Shown: positions 50,125 through 59,754 of the stretch, in pieces
Layout of the letters: the number at the start of each line of letters is the position of its first letter
Numbering within the stretch: the first letter of the stretch is position 1
Source: Alphaproteobacteria bacterium
GTDB taxonomy: Bacteria > Pseudomonadota > Alphaproteobacteria > SP197
Direction: 5' to 3'
DNA length: 64,000 nucleotides
Assembly: GCA_965228895.1 (NCBI GenBank)
Contig: OZ245842.1
Coordinates: 4,128,001-4,192,000 of the forward strand
Notes under the pieces: model-generated
Told to the model about the DNA's origin: nothing
The model's input: only the letters and a program-made list of their open reading frames with translations
Databases searched by the model: none
Program-made: the position numbers and the translations under genes

Positions 50125-50835
50125 ATGCGCTCTGAGGACCTGCCGGTCATCGGTCAGTTGCCGTTGTTCGCCGACATGGCGGAAGCCCATTTCGCCGAAC
50201 TCATGCGCGCGGCCTATCTGCAGACGTTTCCACCACAGGTCGATCTGATCAGCGAAGGCGACCGTGCGGACTTTCTCTATGTCGTCGTCGAAGGTTGCGT
50301 TGAACTCTACGCCCGGTCGAACGGGCGCGAGGCGACCATGTCGCTGGTCCGTCCCGTCTCCACCTTCATTCTGGCGGCCGTTCTGAAGGACGTCCGGTAT
50401 CTGATGTCGGCGCGCACGACGGAGAAATCGCGTATCCTCTTGATCCCCTCCGAAGACATCCGGCAGGCGTTTCGCCAGGACGATGCCTTTGCCCGCGCCA
50501 TCGTCGTCGAGCTGGCATCGCGTTATCGCGCCGTCGTGCGCGACCACAAGAACCAGAAGCTGCGCACCGGTGTTGAGCGCCTGGCAAACCGCTTGCTGGT
50601 GTTTGAACGGGAACAGGGCGGCAAGGGCCGCCTTACCCTGCCCTATGACAAACGAACCTTGGCGTCGCTGCTGGGCATGACGCCGGAAAATCTGTCGCGC
50701 GCCTTCAATACGTTGAAACCTTATGGCGTCGAGGTCAGCGGGTCAGAGATTACGCTGGCCAATGCCGGCGATCTGAAGGGCCTCGCCAAACCCAACGAAC
50801 TCATCGATGGCGACGCGGACGGGCCAATCGGCTGA
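50125..50835 (+). CDS. narR: Crp/Fnr-family regulator, NarR-like
   Basis: cNMP-binding fold and HTH LASLLGMTPENLSRAF; no FNR Cys cluster; divergent from narK. Confidence 0.72.
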   Translation: MRSEDLPVIGQLPLFADMAEAHFAELMRAAYLQTFPPQVDLISEGDRADFLYVVVEGCVELYARSNGREATMSLVRPVSTFILAAVLKDVRYLMSARTTEKSRILLIPSEDIRQAFRQDDAFARAIVVELASRYRAVVRDHKNQKLRTGVERLANRLLVFEREQGGKGRLTLPYDKRTLASLLGMTPENLSRAFNTLKPYGVEVSGSEITLANAGDLKGLAKPNELIDGDADGPIG

Positions 50836-50862
50836 AGCCCGCGTCAATCACGCAACCTAACC

Positions 50863-51885
50863 TCAGAAACCGGGGTCCAGGGGCACACCGACAACCAACA
50901 GGTAGTCGCCATGGGTGGTCAGGCCGGTCGTGCGCCGGGCGATGACCACGCCACCATCCCCGATGCTGTGCTCGATCGGCATTCTGTCGGGACGATGGAT
51001 CGCATGCATTTGTCCGATGACCTGACCGGACGCGACCTCATCGTCCAGATCGACAAAGGGCTCGAAGATCCCGTGATCCTCGGCCAGCACAAAACCGCCG
51101 GCCGGCACACCCAGAATTTTGGTCGCGGTATCGCCGGTCTCGACCTCTCCTTCGGCGAGGCCGTAGTGAATCAGAATGTTTCGGACACCACGCGCGGTGA
51201 TCGCCACCGACTGGGGCGTCACGGCGCCGGAGCCTCCCAGCTCGACCGCGATGAACGGTTTGTCGAGATCCTCGACTGCCGTATCGAGCATGCCGTCGCG
51301 GTCCGGCTCCGTGTCGAATACGACACCATAGGGCACCGCGAACGCCTTCATGAGATCCAACGTCGCAGACGATGTCGCCACGTTGGGATAGCGGTGCATC
51401 ATGGCGTAGGGCACGCACGAGAGGTTCCGGCCGCCGGCATGCAGGTCGACGACGGCATCGGCGCGATGCACCAGTTCGTCATAGACGTAGGACGCGATCT
51501 TCTCGGTCACCGTGCCGCGCCGGCCGCCGGGAAAGATCCGGTTCATGTTCTTGTCATCAATTGGCGAACAGCGGCTGTTGTTGAGCACCGCCGGCAAGTT
51601 CAGCGCCGGCACGATGATGATGTGGCCGGCGATCCGGTTGGGCTCCAACTCGTGGGCCATGTTGCGCAATGCTATCTGGCCTTCGAACTCGTCACCGTGA
51701 TTGCCGGCAGTGAACAGCAGACATGGCCCCTCACCGTTCTTGATCGAGATGACGGGCACCAACAGATCACCCAAGCCGGCCTCGTCACGCGAATGGGGAA
51801 TCCGAATGTGGCCGAACTGTTTGCCGTCGGCATCCAGGTCGATGGTCGCGGCGAACAGTGACGGATTGGGCACCGGATTGGTCAT
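50863..51885 (-). CDS. doeB: N-alpha-acetyl-diaminobutyrate deacetylase (AstE/AspA family; DoeB/EutE-like)
   Basis: GNHGDEFEG, R.SP.D..NMNR.FPG, DLHAGG and ELGG motifs; follows doeA. Confidence 0.75.
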   Translation of the reverse strand: MTNPVPNPSLFAATIDLDADGKQFGHIRIPHSRDEAGLGDLLVPVISIKNGEGPCLLFTAGNHGDEFEGQIALRNMAHELEPNRIAGHIIIVPALNLPAVLNNSRCSPIDDKNMNRIFPGGRRGTVTEKIASYVYDELVHRADAVVDLHAGGRNLSCVPYAMMHRYPNVATSSATLDLMKAFAVPYGVVFDTEPDRDGMLDTAVEDLDKPFIAVELGGSGAVTPQSVAITARGVRNILIHYGLAEGEVETGDTATKILGVPAGGFVLAEDHGIFEPFVDLDDEVASGQVIGQMHAIHRPDRMPIEHSIGDGGVVIARRTTGLTTHGDYLLVVGVPLDPGF

Positions 51886-51923
51886 GGCTATCGAGCCTCC
51901 CTTTTCGATCGCGCTGGATCGCC

Positions 51924-53093
51924 CTAGGTCTTCACCAACAGGTCGCGCGGCACGTTGGCAAAACACACACCGCCGGATTGGGTCACGTGAAGCGGTTCGC
52001 TGATGTTCAGTCCCCAATCCTCGTTCCAGATGCCGCAAACCATGTGAAAGGCCATGTTTTCCTCGATCAGCGTCTTGTCGCCTTCTCTGAGCGACGCCGT
52101 GTGTTCACCCCAGTCGGGCGGATAGCCGATGCCGATCGCATAGCCGATGCGCGACTTCTTGGTGATGCCGTGGCGGGCAATCGATTGGCGCCAGGCGGCT
52201 TCGACATCCTCACAACGCTGGCCCGGTCGCGCGGCCTCCAACGCCGCGTCAATGCCCTCGACAACGGCTTTGCACGTGTCGAGTAACCGTTGCGGCGGCG
52301 CGCCAAGGTGAAGCGTGCGCACCATTGGAATGTGATAGCGATGCCGGACGCCCGCGGTCTCGAGAAACGCCGCCTCGCCGGTCACGAACTGCCGGTCGCT
52401 CCAAGTCAGGTGGGCCGCCGACGTGCCGGTGCCCGTCGGCATCATCGGCGCGACACAACAATAGTCGCCGCCGTGCCGGGGCGTACCGCTGGCCTGGGCG
52501 CCATAGACCTTGGCGATCACGTCGCATTCTCTGACACCCGGCTCGACCGCCTCGAAATAGGCCGCCATGATCGCTTCGGTCACCCGTGCGGCCTGGCTCA
52601 TCACCTCGAGCTCGGCGTCGGACTTGACCAGCCGCACCCAATTGACCAGCCGCTCGGTGTCGACGAACGACGCGTTCGGCAGGGCCGCCGCAAGCGCATC
52701 GCGGCAACGCGGCGTGAAGTAATAACAATCTCTCTCGACGCCGATCACCGCGCGGTCATGGCCGCGGTCGGCGAGTGTCGCGCCGATAAAATCCATCGGG
52801 TGTTCGACGGCGTTGTCGACCAGATGGTCCGGCCACTCGATGATCCGGTCGTCCGACAAATAAGTGGTGAGTCGCGCACCGCCGATATCGACACCACGGC
52901 CGATCCATAGCGGCTCGTCGTCATCCAGGGTGACGATGACGGCCTGCGGCACATAGAAACTCCAGCCGTCATAGCCGGTCAGATAGTTCATGTTGGCGGG
53001 ATCGGAGTCGACGAGGACATCGATGCCGCGCTGCGCCATGACATCCCGGCACTTGGCGAGCCGCGCGGCGTACTCACGCTTTTCAAAGACCAT
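51924..53093 (-). CDS. doeA: Ectoine hydrolase (M24 fold; DoeA/EutD)
   Basis: DPANMNYLTGYDGWSFY, HLTW, RYH.P..RT and IGYPPDWGE.T.SLR motifs. Confidence 0.88.
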   Translation of the reverse strand: MVFEKREYAARLAKCRDVMAQRGIDVLVDSDPANMNYLTGYDGWSFYVPQAVIVTLDDDEPLWIGRGVDIGGARLTTYLSDDRIIEWPDHLVDNAVEHPMDFIGATLADRGHDRAVIGVERDCYYFTPRCRDALAAALPNASFVDTERLVNWVRLVKSDAELEVMSQAARVTEAIMAAYFEAVEPGVRECDVIAKVYGAQASGTPRHGGDYCCVAPMMPTGTGTSAAHLTWSDRQFVTGEAAFLETAGVRHRYHIPMVRTLHLGAPPQRLLDTCKAVVEGIDAALEAARPGQRCEDVEAAWRQSIARHGITKKSRIGYAIGIGYPPDWGEHTASLREGDKTLIEENMAFHMVCGIWNEDWGLNISEPLHVTQSGGVCFANVPRDLLVKT

Positions 53094-53176
53094 CGACCGT
53101 CCTCCTCGCGTCATCAACCAAGTGTTCAATCACCCTAATGTCGACAATTGTATTGGCTCAAGGCTAATATTAGATC

Positions 53177-54571
53177 ATGACAATGTGGGTTCCGGACATC
53201 ACCCAAACTCAGGGACCGCGCTACAAAGCGATCGTTGAGGCCCTCGAGACCGCCATCACGTCGCGGGACCTGCAGGCGGGCCAGCAGTTGCCGACCCAGC
53301 GCGCTCTCGCCGACAGTCTCGGCGTCAGCGTGCAAACCGTGTCGCGCGCCTACGCCGAGGCCGAGCGCCGGGGGCTGACGTCGGGAGAAGTCGGCCGCGG
53401 CACCTTCATCCAGTATGTGAAGCCTGAGGACGGCGATGACTTCATTGCCGACAGCCATCGCGCCAGCCAGCTCGACTTCTCGAACATGATGCCCATCGTG
53501 TCCGACATCCATGTCGACGCGCTGAAGCAGGCCATGATCGCGTGCACGAAGGATGCCGCGATTGCGCGGATGCTCGAGTATCGGCCGACCGAGGGAACGC
53601 CATCCCATCGACAGGCCGGTGCCGCATGGCTGGAACGCGGCGGAGTCAGCGTCGACCCAGCCCGCGTGGTGGTCACCAACGGTGCTGCCCACGGCATTTG
53701 GTCGGCCATGGCGACACTCGCCGAACCGGGTGACGTCGTGTGCTGCGAGGCGCTGGTCGACACCTCCATCATCACCAACGCCTCGATCCTGAAGACGCGG
53801 CTGCGCGGCCTGGCGCTCGACGACGAGGGCATCCTTCCCGACGCCTTTGCAGAGGCCTGTGAACGCGAGCCGGTCAAGCTGCTTTGCGTGACCCCCTGCT
53901 TCAACGACCCGACCGTTGCTTTGATGGGCGAACCCCGACGCGAGGCGATTGCCGAGGTAGCGCGCCGCCACGACGTCGCGATCATCGAAGACGACGTCTT
54001 CGGCCCCCTGATCGCCAACCGTCCGAAGCCGCTCTGGTGCTACGCGCCCGAGCGCACGTTCTACGTCACCAGTTTTTCCAAGGCGATCACCGCATCGTTG
54101 CGGACCGGCTATCTGACCGGTCCGGCGGCCATGCTGCCGCGGCTGATCTCGCGGCTGCGCACGACAGGCTGGATGGCGAATACGTGGTCTGCGGAGGTTG
54201 CGGCGAGATGGTCGGGCGACGGTACCGCTGATCGACTGATCGCCTGGCAACGCAGGACGCTTGCCGAGCGCCACGCCACACTCCGCCGGATCCTGGACGG
54301 TCATGACATTGCGTCGCACGCCAACGCCTTGCACGCTTGGCTCAGCCTGCCCGAACCATGGCGCGCGCGGCATTTTGTCGAACAGGCGCGATCCCGTGGC
54401 GTGCTCGTGACCCCACCCGATCCTTTCATCGTAGGGCGAACGGCGGAACCGCACGCGGTGCGGCTGGCGCTGGGCGACACGAACCGCGACGACATCGCTT
54501 TCGCCCGCGGCCTGAAACGCCTCGCCGCCCTGCTCCGGGAAGAGCCGATGCCATTGGATGGTCCCTTCTGA
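53177..54571 (+). CDS. MocR/GntR-family regulator (EnuR/EhuR-like)
   Basis: W.P....GPRY..I, LPTQR.LA..LGV...TV.RAY, IIEDD and SFSK (PLP lysine); divergent from doeAB. Confidence 0.85.
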   Translation: MTMWVPDITQTQGPRYKAIVEALETAITSRDLQAGQQLPTQRALADSLGVSVQTVSRAYAEAERRGLTSGEVGRGTFIQYVKPEDGDDFIADSHRASQLDFSNMMPIVSDIHVDALKQAMIACTKDAAIARMLEYRPTEGTPSHRQAGAAWLERGGVSVDPARVVVTNGAAHGIWSAMATLAEPGDVVCCEALVDTSIITNASILKTRLRGLALDDEGILPDAFAEACEREPVKLLCVTPCFNDPTVALMGEPRREAIAEVARRHDVAIIEDDVFGPLIANRPKPLWCYAPERTFYVTSFSKAITASLRTGYLTGPAAMLPRLISRLRTTGWMANTWSAEVAARWSGDGTADRLIAWQRRTLAERHATLRRILDGHDIASHANALHAWLSLPEPWRARHFVEQARSRGVLVTPPDPFIVGRTAEPHAVRLALGDTNRDDIAFARGLKRLAALLREEPMPLDGPF

Positions 54572-54724
54572 ACGACCGGTCTCTCGACCAGCGCACCAGC
54601 GGCAGCCGCGGCATGCCGTGACCTCAAGCCAAAAGCTTGGCATCATCGAATATGGTGTAAGGCACTGCCGTCGCGATAAAGCACAGGTCTATGTTCAACA
54701 GCGCGGCCGGATCTGCAGGTTGAT

Positions 54725-55453
54725 ATGACGCTAGAGACCTTGGGCGAACGCGATATCCATATTTGGCTTGCCGAACCCGACAAGACCTTGGGCACGACCG
54801 GTTCCGTTGACGCCCATGTGGCCCTGCTCGACCCCGACGAGACACAGCGCTATCAAAATTTCAGATTCGACCGCGACCGCCACAGTTTCTTGGCTGCGCA
54901 CGTCTTGCTGCGTAGAACGTTGTCGCGTTACGCGCCGATCGGGCCGGCGGACTGGACGTTCACGAAGAATGCCTATGGGCGGCCGGAGATAGCCGGTCCT
55001 TCGCGCGCCCTTCCCCTTCGATTCAACCTGTCGCATACGGATGGTCTGGTCGCATGTGCGATCACAAAGGGGGCCGATGTCGGTGTCGATGTGGAGGCAT
55101 TGTCACGCCCGACGCCTGGCCTCGACATCGCCGAACGATTCTTCTCGCCGGAAGAGTACGACCTGCTTCGTCAGGCGCCAGCCGCCCAGCAGCACGAACT
55201 CTTCTTTGCCATTTGGACGCTCAAGGAGGCCTATATCAAGGCGCGTGGCATGGGTCTTTCGCTGCCCTTGGACCAATTCGCCTTCGATCTCGACCACTTG
55301 GCGTTACGCAGTGTCCATTTCCGCGACGAACTCAACGACGCCCCAGAAAATTGGCAGTTTGACGTTCGAAGCACCGGCCCCTGTCATACCTTGGCCTTTG
55401 CGGTGCGTCGCGATGGCACCGGCGATATGCGCCCGGAGATCCGAGGAGCCTGA
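54725..55453 (+). CDS. Sfp-type 4'-phosphopantetheinyl transferase
   Basis: YGRP, FNLSHT, VGVDVE and WTLKEAYIKA.G.GL motifs. Confidence 0.93.
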   Translation: MTLETLGERDIHIWLAEPDKTLGTTGSVDAHVALLDPDETQRYQNFRFDRDRHSFLAAHVLLRRTLSRYAPIGPADWTFTKNAYGRPEIAGPSRALPLRFNLSHTDGLVACAITKGADVGVDVEALSRPTPGLDIAERFFSPEEYDLLRQAPAAQQHELFFAIWTLKEAYIKARGMGLSLPLDQFAFDLDHLALRSVHFRDELNDAPENWQFDVRSTGPCHTLAFAVRRDGTGDMRPEIRGA

Positions 55454-55771
55454 TAGGGCTCACCGCCGAGGTGAATCACAGGACAGCTTGCGAAACGGCG
55501 TCAAAGCAATCGACCGTCCTCAACCATTAGTAGAACGGTCAGACTTGCGAATACGGCATGATGGATGCGAAGATCTGGCGCGCTTGGCATGGATTACTCC
55601 ACAGCACAGAGCGCATTAGCGCCTCTGAACCCATTTGCAATGGTCATGGCGCAGTAGTGACGGCAGTCACACAAGCACTATCCAAAGCACGTTGACGATG
55701 CATCCACTGGTGGACTAATACTTTGGGGTGATGAATCTTCAGTTAACGTAGCAATAGAGGGGTAGTTCTCC

Positions 55772-56098
55772 ATGGCCGGTATGTTTATGACCATCTCACG
55801 GTGCCATGTTAAGGCGGGCAACGAAAACGAAGCCCGGGCGCTTCTTGAAAAAGAGATGCTTCCCGGTGACGGCAAGAAACCTGGCGATATCGTCGACGGC
55901 TTGGTCGGATTTGGCTTGATGAAGGCCAAGGCCGATGAGTCCATGTATGGCGTCGTCACGGTTTGGCAAAGCGAAGCAGACTTCGACAAGATGGCCAGCA
56001 ACCCGGCAGCCAAGGATGGCGGCGGGATGGTCGCGAAGCTTCAGAAGCTCTGCGACGGCGACGTCAAGGGCGAAGGCTTCTACATCGAAAGCCTCTGA
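55772..56098 (+). CDS. Small dimeric alpha/beta-barrel (ABM-like) protein
   Basis: GAGGGG RBS; H/VK.G.E.E...; G.VG..L; Y.VVT.WQS..DF pattern typical of the ABM fold. Confidence 0.65.
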   Translation: MAGMFMTISRCHVKAGNENEARALLEKEMLPGDGKKPGDIVDGLVGFGLMKAKADESMYGVVTVWQSEADFDKMASNPAAKDGGGMVAKLQKLCDGDVKGEGFYIESL

Positions 56099-56169
56099 TC
56101 GCTCGTCAGAGATCTAAACGTCGTTCACTTGGCCGCCGCATTTCGGCGTGGCGGACATAGAGTGTCGGG

Positions 56170-56197
56170 ATCGGAGCCGCCACCAGGCGGCTCCGAT
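56170..56197 (+). terminator. Hairpin downstream of the ABM-like gene
   Basis: atcggagccgcc-acca-ggcggctccgat. Confidence 0.55.
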
Positions 56198-56517
56198 TAA
56201 CCCGGCAACTCAAAAAGGCGGGCGTGCTCTCGCCGTTTGCACCACTCAGGACCGTATGCCTCCTAGTCTAGACCGGCACTGTTGCTAACGTGTCGCGATA
56301 GGCGGACTTATCGTCTTGGCGTATAGGTGCCGATGTGTCTTGAGTGCGCCTTTCGACATCGGTTTTTGCATATCCGCGAACGCAATGCGCCACACTTCTA
56401 GACATCAGCATCCAGCAAATGGCTTTGGTCGGCTTGTGTTCGGCCGGACCCGACGGCTGGTGGTGATCGCCAATTCTTTGTCGCGCCGCTTGTCCGGGTG
56501 CACCTTGGTCGACCGTC

Positions 56518-59500
56518 ATGCCTGATCGGCAGCCTTCCGCGACGGGTGCGCCAGCAAAAGGTCCTATCGAGGATGTCTATCCTCTGACGGACATGCAGCA
56601 CGGCATTCTCGTCAGATGCGTCAGCTACCCCGACCAGCCCGTCTACATGGGCCAGTGGTGGGCTGAGGTTGACGGAGAGCTTGATGAGCAGACATTCGCC
56701 GATGCCTGGAATGTCGTTGTCCAGCGCCATTCGGCACTTCGGTCGGCGTTTCACTGGGAGCTGAAGGATCAGCCGTTCCAGGTTGTGCATCGCCAAGCAA
56801 CCCTCCCTGTCGAGCCGCTCGACTGGACCGCCAGCGTCGACTGGCGGCAACAACTTCAGGCGTTTCTAAAGGAAGACAGGGAAAAGCCGTTCGATCTGAA
56901 ACGCCCGCCGCTCATGCGGGTCAGGCTCGCGCGTCTGGCCAATGACCGGCACGTCATCATATGGACACGCCATCATCTGGTGGTCGATGGCTGGTCACTC
57001 GGCGCCATTCTTGACGAGGTGTTCACGGCCTACCGGGCGATAAAAGACCGTCAATCACCGCCGCTCGGCGCCGCGTTGCCATTCCGGTCATACATCGACT
57101 GGGATCGCGGACGTGACTCCGCGACTGCGCTGGCACACTGGAGACGTGTTCTGGACGGCTTCAGCCAGCCCACCGTGGCGGGCGGCCAGCTTGCCTCGGC
57201 AGCAGACGTTACAGAATTGGTTGAGACGGTCGATGAACAGACAACGGCGCAACTTCTGGACTACGCGCGTGATGCGCGCCTAACACCGAACACGCTTGTC
57301 CAAGGTGCGTGGGCGCTTGTCCTGTCGCGCATGACCGGACGCGATGATGTGCTGTTCGGCTCGGTGGAAACCCAACGCCCGGCCCATTTGCTTGACGATG
57401 AGGCGGCGACCTTGGTTGGCCCGCAGGTCGTCGTTCTGCCGGTTCGCGCCAAGATTGACGATACCCCGATTGGCGACTGGCTGAGCCAGCTCCAGGCGAA
57501 CATGGTGGCGGGACGCGAGGCCGGCGGGGTCAGCCTTGATGCGGTTCGCGACCTCATCGATCAACCCCGCGATGCCTTGCCGTTCGACAGCTTGGTCGGG
57601 TTTCAGAACTATCCGCTCGATGAGTCCAAGCCGCTGAAAGACGCCGGATTGACGGTGGTCGACAGCGCCGACGTCTCCCTGCCGGACATGCCGCTCAATC
57701 TGATGGTCGAGACCGGCGACACCATGACACTGCGCTTGATTGTCGACCGCCGCCGCCACACAGAAGCCCAGGCAAGCGGCGTCCTGGCGATGTTGGCCAC
57801 GGCATTGCGCGCCGTCGCCGAACGGTTCGCGAGCCCGGCGAGCGACATCGATGTTCTGCCTGAGGACGTGACCCGGCTTCTCCGGGACGAGTATGCCGGC
57901 AACGTCGAGCTGGAGGTGGCCGAGCCGATCGCGCCGGACCTGATTTTGCGCCACGCCCAGGTGACGCCAACGGCAATTGCCATGCGATATGGCCAACAGG
58001 AGATCGCCTACCGGCACTTCGCGACGGCGGCATGTGACATTGCCGAAAGGATCGGCTGGACCGATGTGCCGGCGAACAGGCGTATCGGCGTCATGCTGGA
58101 CCGCTCACCGGCCGCCATCGCTGGACTACTAGGCGTCATGCTCGCTGGTGGCGCTTACGTGCCGCTCGATCCCGAGGGTTCGAGCAGCCGCCGCGATCTG
58201 ATTCTCAGTGCTGCCGGCATCGACACGGTGGTGACGTCGTCGGACTATGCCGACCAATTCCCCCAATGCCGGGTCGTTGTCGTCGATGGATTGGCGGAAG
58301 AAACCACGCGCGACATGGCCCACAAGCTGCCGTCGGCAGACGACGAGGCGTACGTCATCTTCACATCCGGTTCGACCGGGCAGCCCAAAGGCGTCATCGT
58401 CGGCCAAGACAACCTTCGTTATCATATCGCGGCACGCGCGGCGGCCTATCCCGACCGGCCGATCGGCGCCTTTCTCCTGACCTTTCCGATCTTTTTCGAT
58501 GGCTCGGTCACCGTCATCTTCTCGACACTGGCGACGGGTGGGACGCTGGTCTTGCCCGAACCGGTCGAAGCGACGGATCCCGATCGCCTGGTGGCCCTCA
58601 TCAAGTCCGCCGGCGTCACCCACACCGACATGATACCGTCCATGTGGAGCCTTGTTGTGGCTGCGGCTGGCCCCGCCGACTTGGCATCGATGCGCCAGGC
58701 CCTGGTCGCGGCCGAACCGTGTCCAAAGGATCTGGTCGCCGCCCATGATGCAAAGCTGCCCGGGGTTCCGCTCTATAACGAGTATGGCCCGACGGAGACG
58801 ACCGTCTGGGCGACGGCGCACCGTTGCGAAACGACCGATCGCGAAGCGACGGTGCCGATTGGGCGGCCCATTCCGGGGACACGCGTCTACGTTCTGGATT
58901 CACGTGGCAGATTGTGTCCGCCGGGCAGCGTTGGAGAACTGACCGTGTCGGGCCCGGCCGTCGCGCGCGGCTATATTGGGGCCGACGAAAGTGCTGTCCA
59001 AAAGTTTACGCACAATGCCTTCGCCACCGATCCGATCTTTGCGCCGGCCTACCGGACCGGTGATCTCGCCGCCTTCGGCGTCGATGGCCAGTTGCGGTTC
59101 CATGGCCGGTCCGACCATCAGGTCAAGGTCAATGGCCACCGCATCGAACTGGGCGAGATCGAGTCCTGTTTGGCGGACCACCCCGACATCAAGGAGGCCG
59201 TGGTCGTTGTCCAGCAAGATGGTGATCGACCGGCCCATTTGGTCGCCCATATCGCCGGCCCGGATCTACCGGAACCCGAACTCGTCCGCCAGCACGCCGG
59301 CCGTCATCTGCCCGCTTACATGGTGCCCCATGTCGTCATGCGCCATGAGAGCCTGCCGCGCACGGTCGCCGGCAAGCTCGATCGATCACAGCTTCCTGCA
59401 CCGCCGGACGAGGCGTCGGCGGCACCGCCGCAGGGCGAGCGTGAATGCGCCCTTGCCGCGATTTGGCAGGATGTCCTCGGACGGCCTGAGATCAGTCGTC

Positions 59501-59754
59501 ATGACGATTTTTTCGCGCTCGGCGGCACCTCATTGATTGCCATGCAGGTTATCTCGCGCATCAGGCGCGATCTGCACGTGAACGCCGAGTTGCTCGACCT
59601 GTTCGAAGAGCCAGCGATCGCGTTGCTGGCCGAGCGCCTGGCAGCGCGTGAACCGGTTAAAGCCGGTTCCGGCGCCAAGCTGACACAGCGCCGTCGAACA
59701 CAAGTCGACCTGTCGGCGGTGGCAGGTCAGGGGAGCGAGCCCCGGGCACAATGA
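56518..59754 (+). CDS. Non-ribosomal peptide synthetase, single module C-A-T
   Basis: YPLTDMQHG and HHLVVDGWS (C); FTSGSTGQPKG, NEYGPTE and YRTGD (A); FFALGGTSL (T). Confidence 0.93.
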   Translation: MPDRQPSATGAPAKGPIEDVYPLTDMQHGILVRCVSYPDQPVYMGQWWAEVDGELDEQTFADAWNVVVQRHSALRSAFHWELKDQPFQVVHRQATLPVEPLDWTASVDWRQQLQAFLKEDREKPFDLKRPPLMRVRLARLANDRHVIIWTRHHLVVDGWSLGAILDEVFTAYRAIKDRQSPPLGAALPFRSYIDWDRGRDSATALAHWRRVLDGFSQPTVAGGQLASAADVTELVETVDEQTTAQLLDYARDARLTPNTLVQGAWALVLSRMTGRDDVLFGSVETQRPAHLLDDEAATLVGPQVVVLPVRAKIDDTPIGDWLSQLQANMVAGREAGGVSLDAVRDLIDQPRDALPFDSLVGFQNYPLDESKPLKDAGLTVVDSADVSLPDMPLNLMVETGDTMTLRLIVDRRRHTEAQASGVLAMLATALRAVAERFASPASDIDVLPEDVTRLLRDEYAGNVELEVAEPIAPDLILRHAQVTPTAIAMRYGQQEIAYRHFATAACDIAERIGWTDVPANRRIGVMLDRSPAAIAGLLGVMLAGGAYVPLDPEGSSSRRDLILSAAGIDTVVTSSDYADQFPQCRVVVVDGLAEETTRDMAHKLPSADDEAYVIFTSGSTGQPKGVIVGQDNLRYHIAARAAAYPDRPIGAFLLTFPIFFDGSVTVIFSTLATGGTLVLPEPVEATDPDRLVALIKSAGVTHTDMIPSMWSLVVAAAGPADLASMRQALVAAEPCPKDLVAAHDAKLPGVPLYNEYGPTETTVWATAHRCETTDREATVPIGRPIPGTRVYVLDSRGRLCPPGSVGELTVSGPAVARGYIGADESAVQKFTHNAFATDPIFAPAYRTGDLAAFGVDGQLRFHGRSDHQVKVNGHRIELGEIESCLADHPDIKEAVVVVQQDGDRPAHLVAHIAGPDLPEPELVRQHAGRHLPAYMVPHVVMRHESLPRTVAGKLDRSQLPAPPDEASAAPPQGERECALAAIWQDVLGRPEISRHDDFFALGGTSLIAMQVISRIRRDLHVNAELLDLFEEPAIALLAERLAAREPVKAGSGAKLTQRRRTQVDLSAVAGQGSEPRAQ

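Noticed and set aside
53137-53184. ACAAT/ATTGT half-sites between doeA and the MocR gene as an EnuR operator
   Set aside because: Plausible, but the half-sites are short and the spacing does not clearly fit a defined consensus, so I did not call it.
55485-55580. Imperfect CTTGCGAA..ACGGC direct repeats downstream of the PPTase
   Set aside because: Only two or three short degenerate copies with irregular spacing; could be chance.
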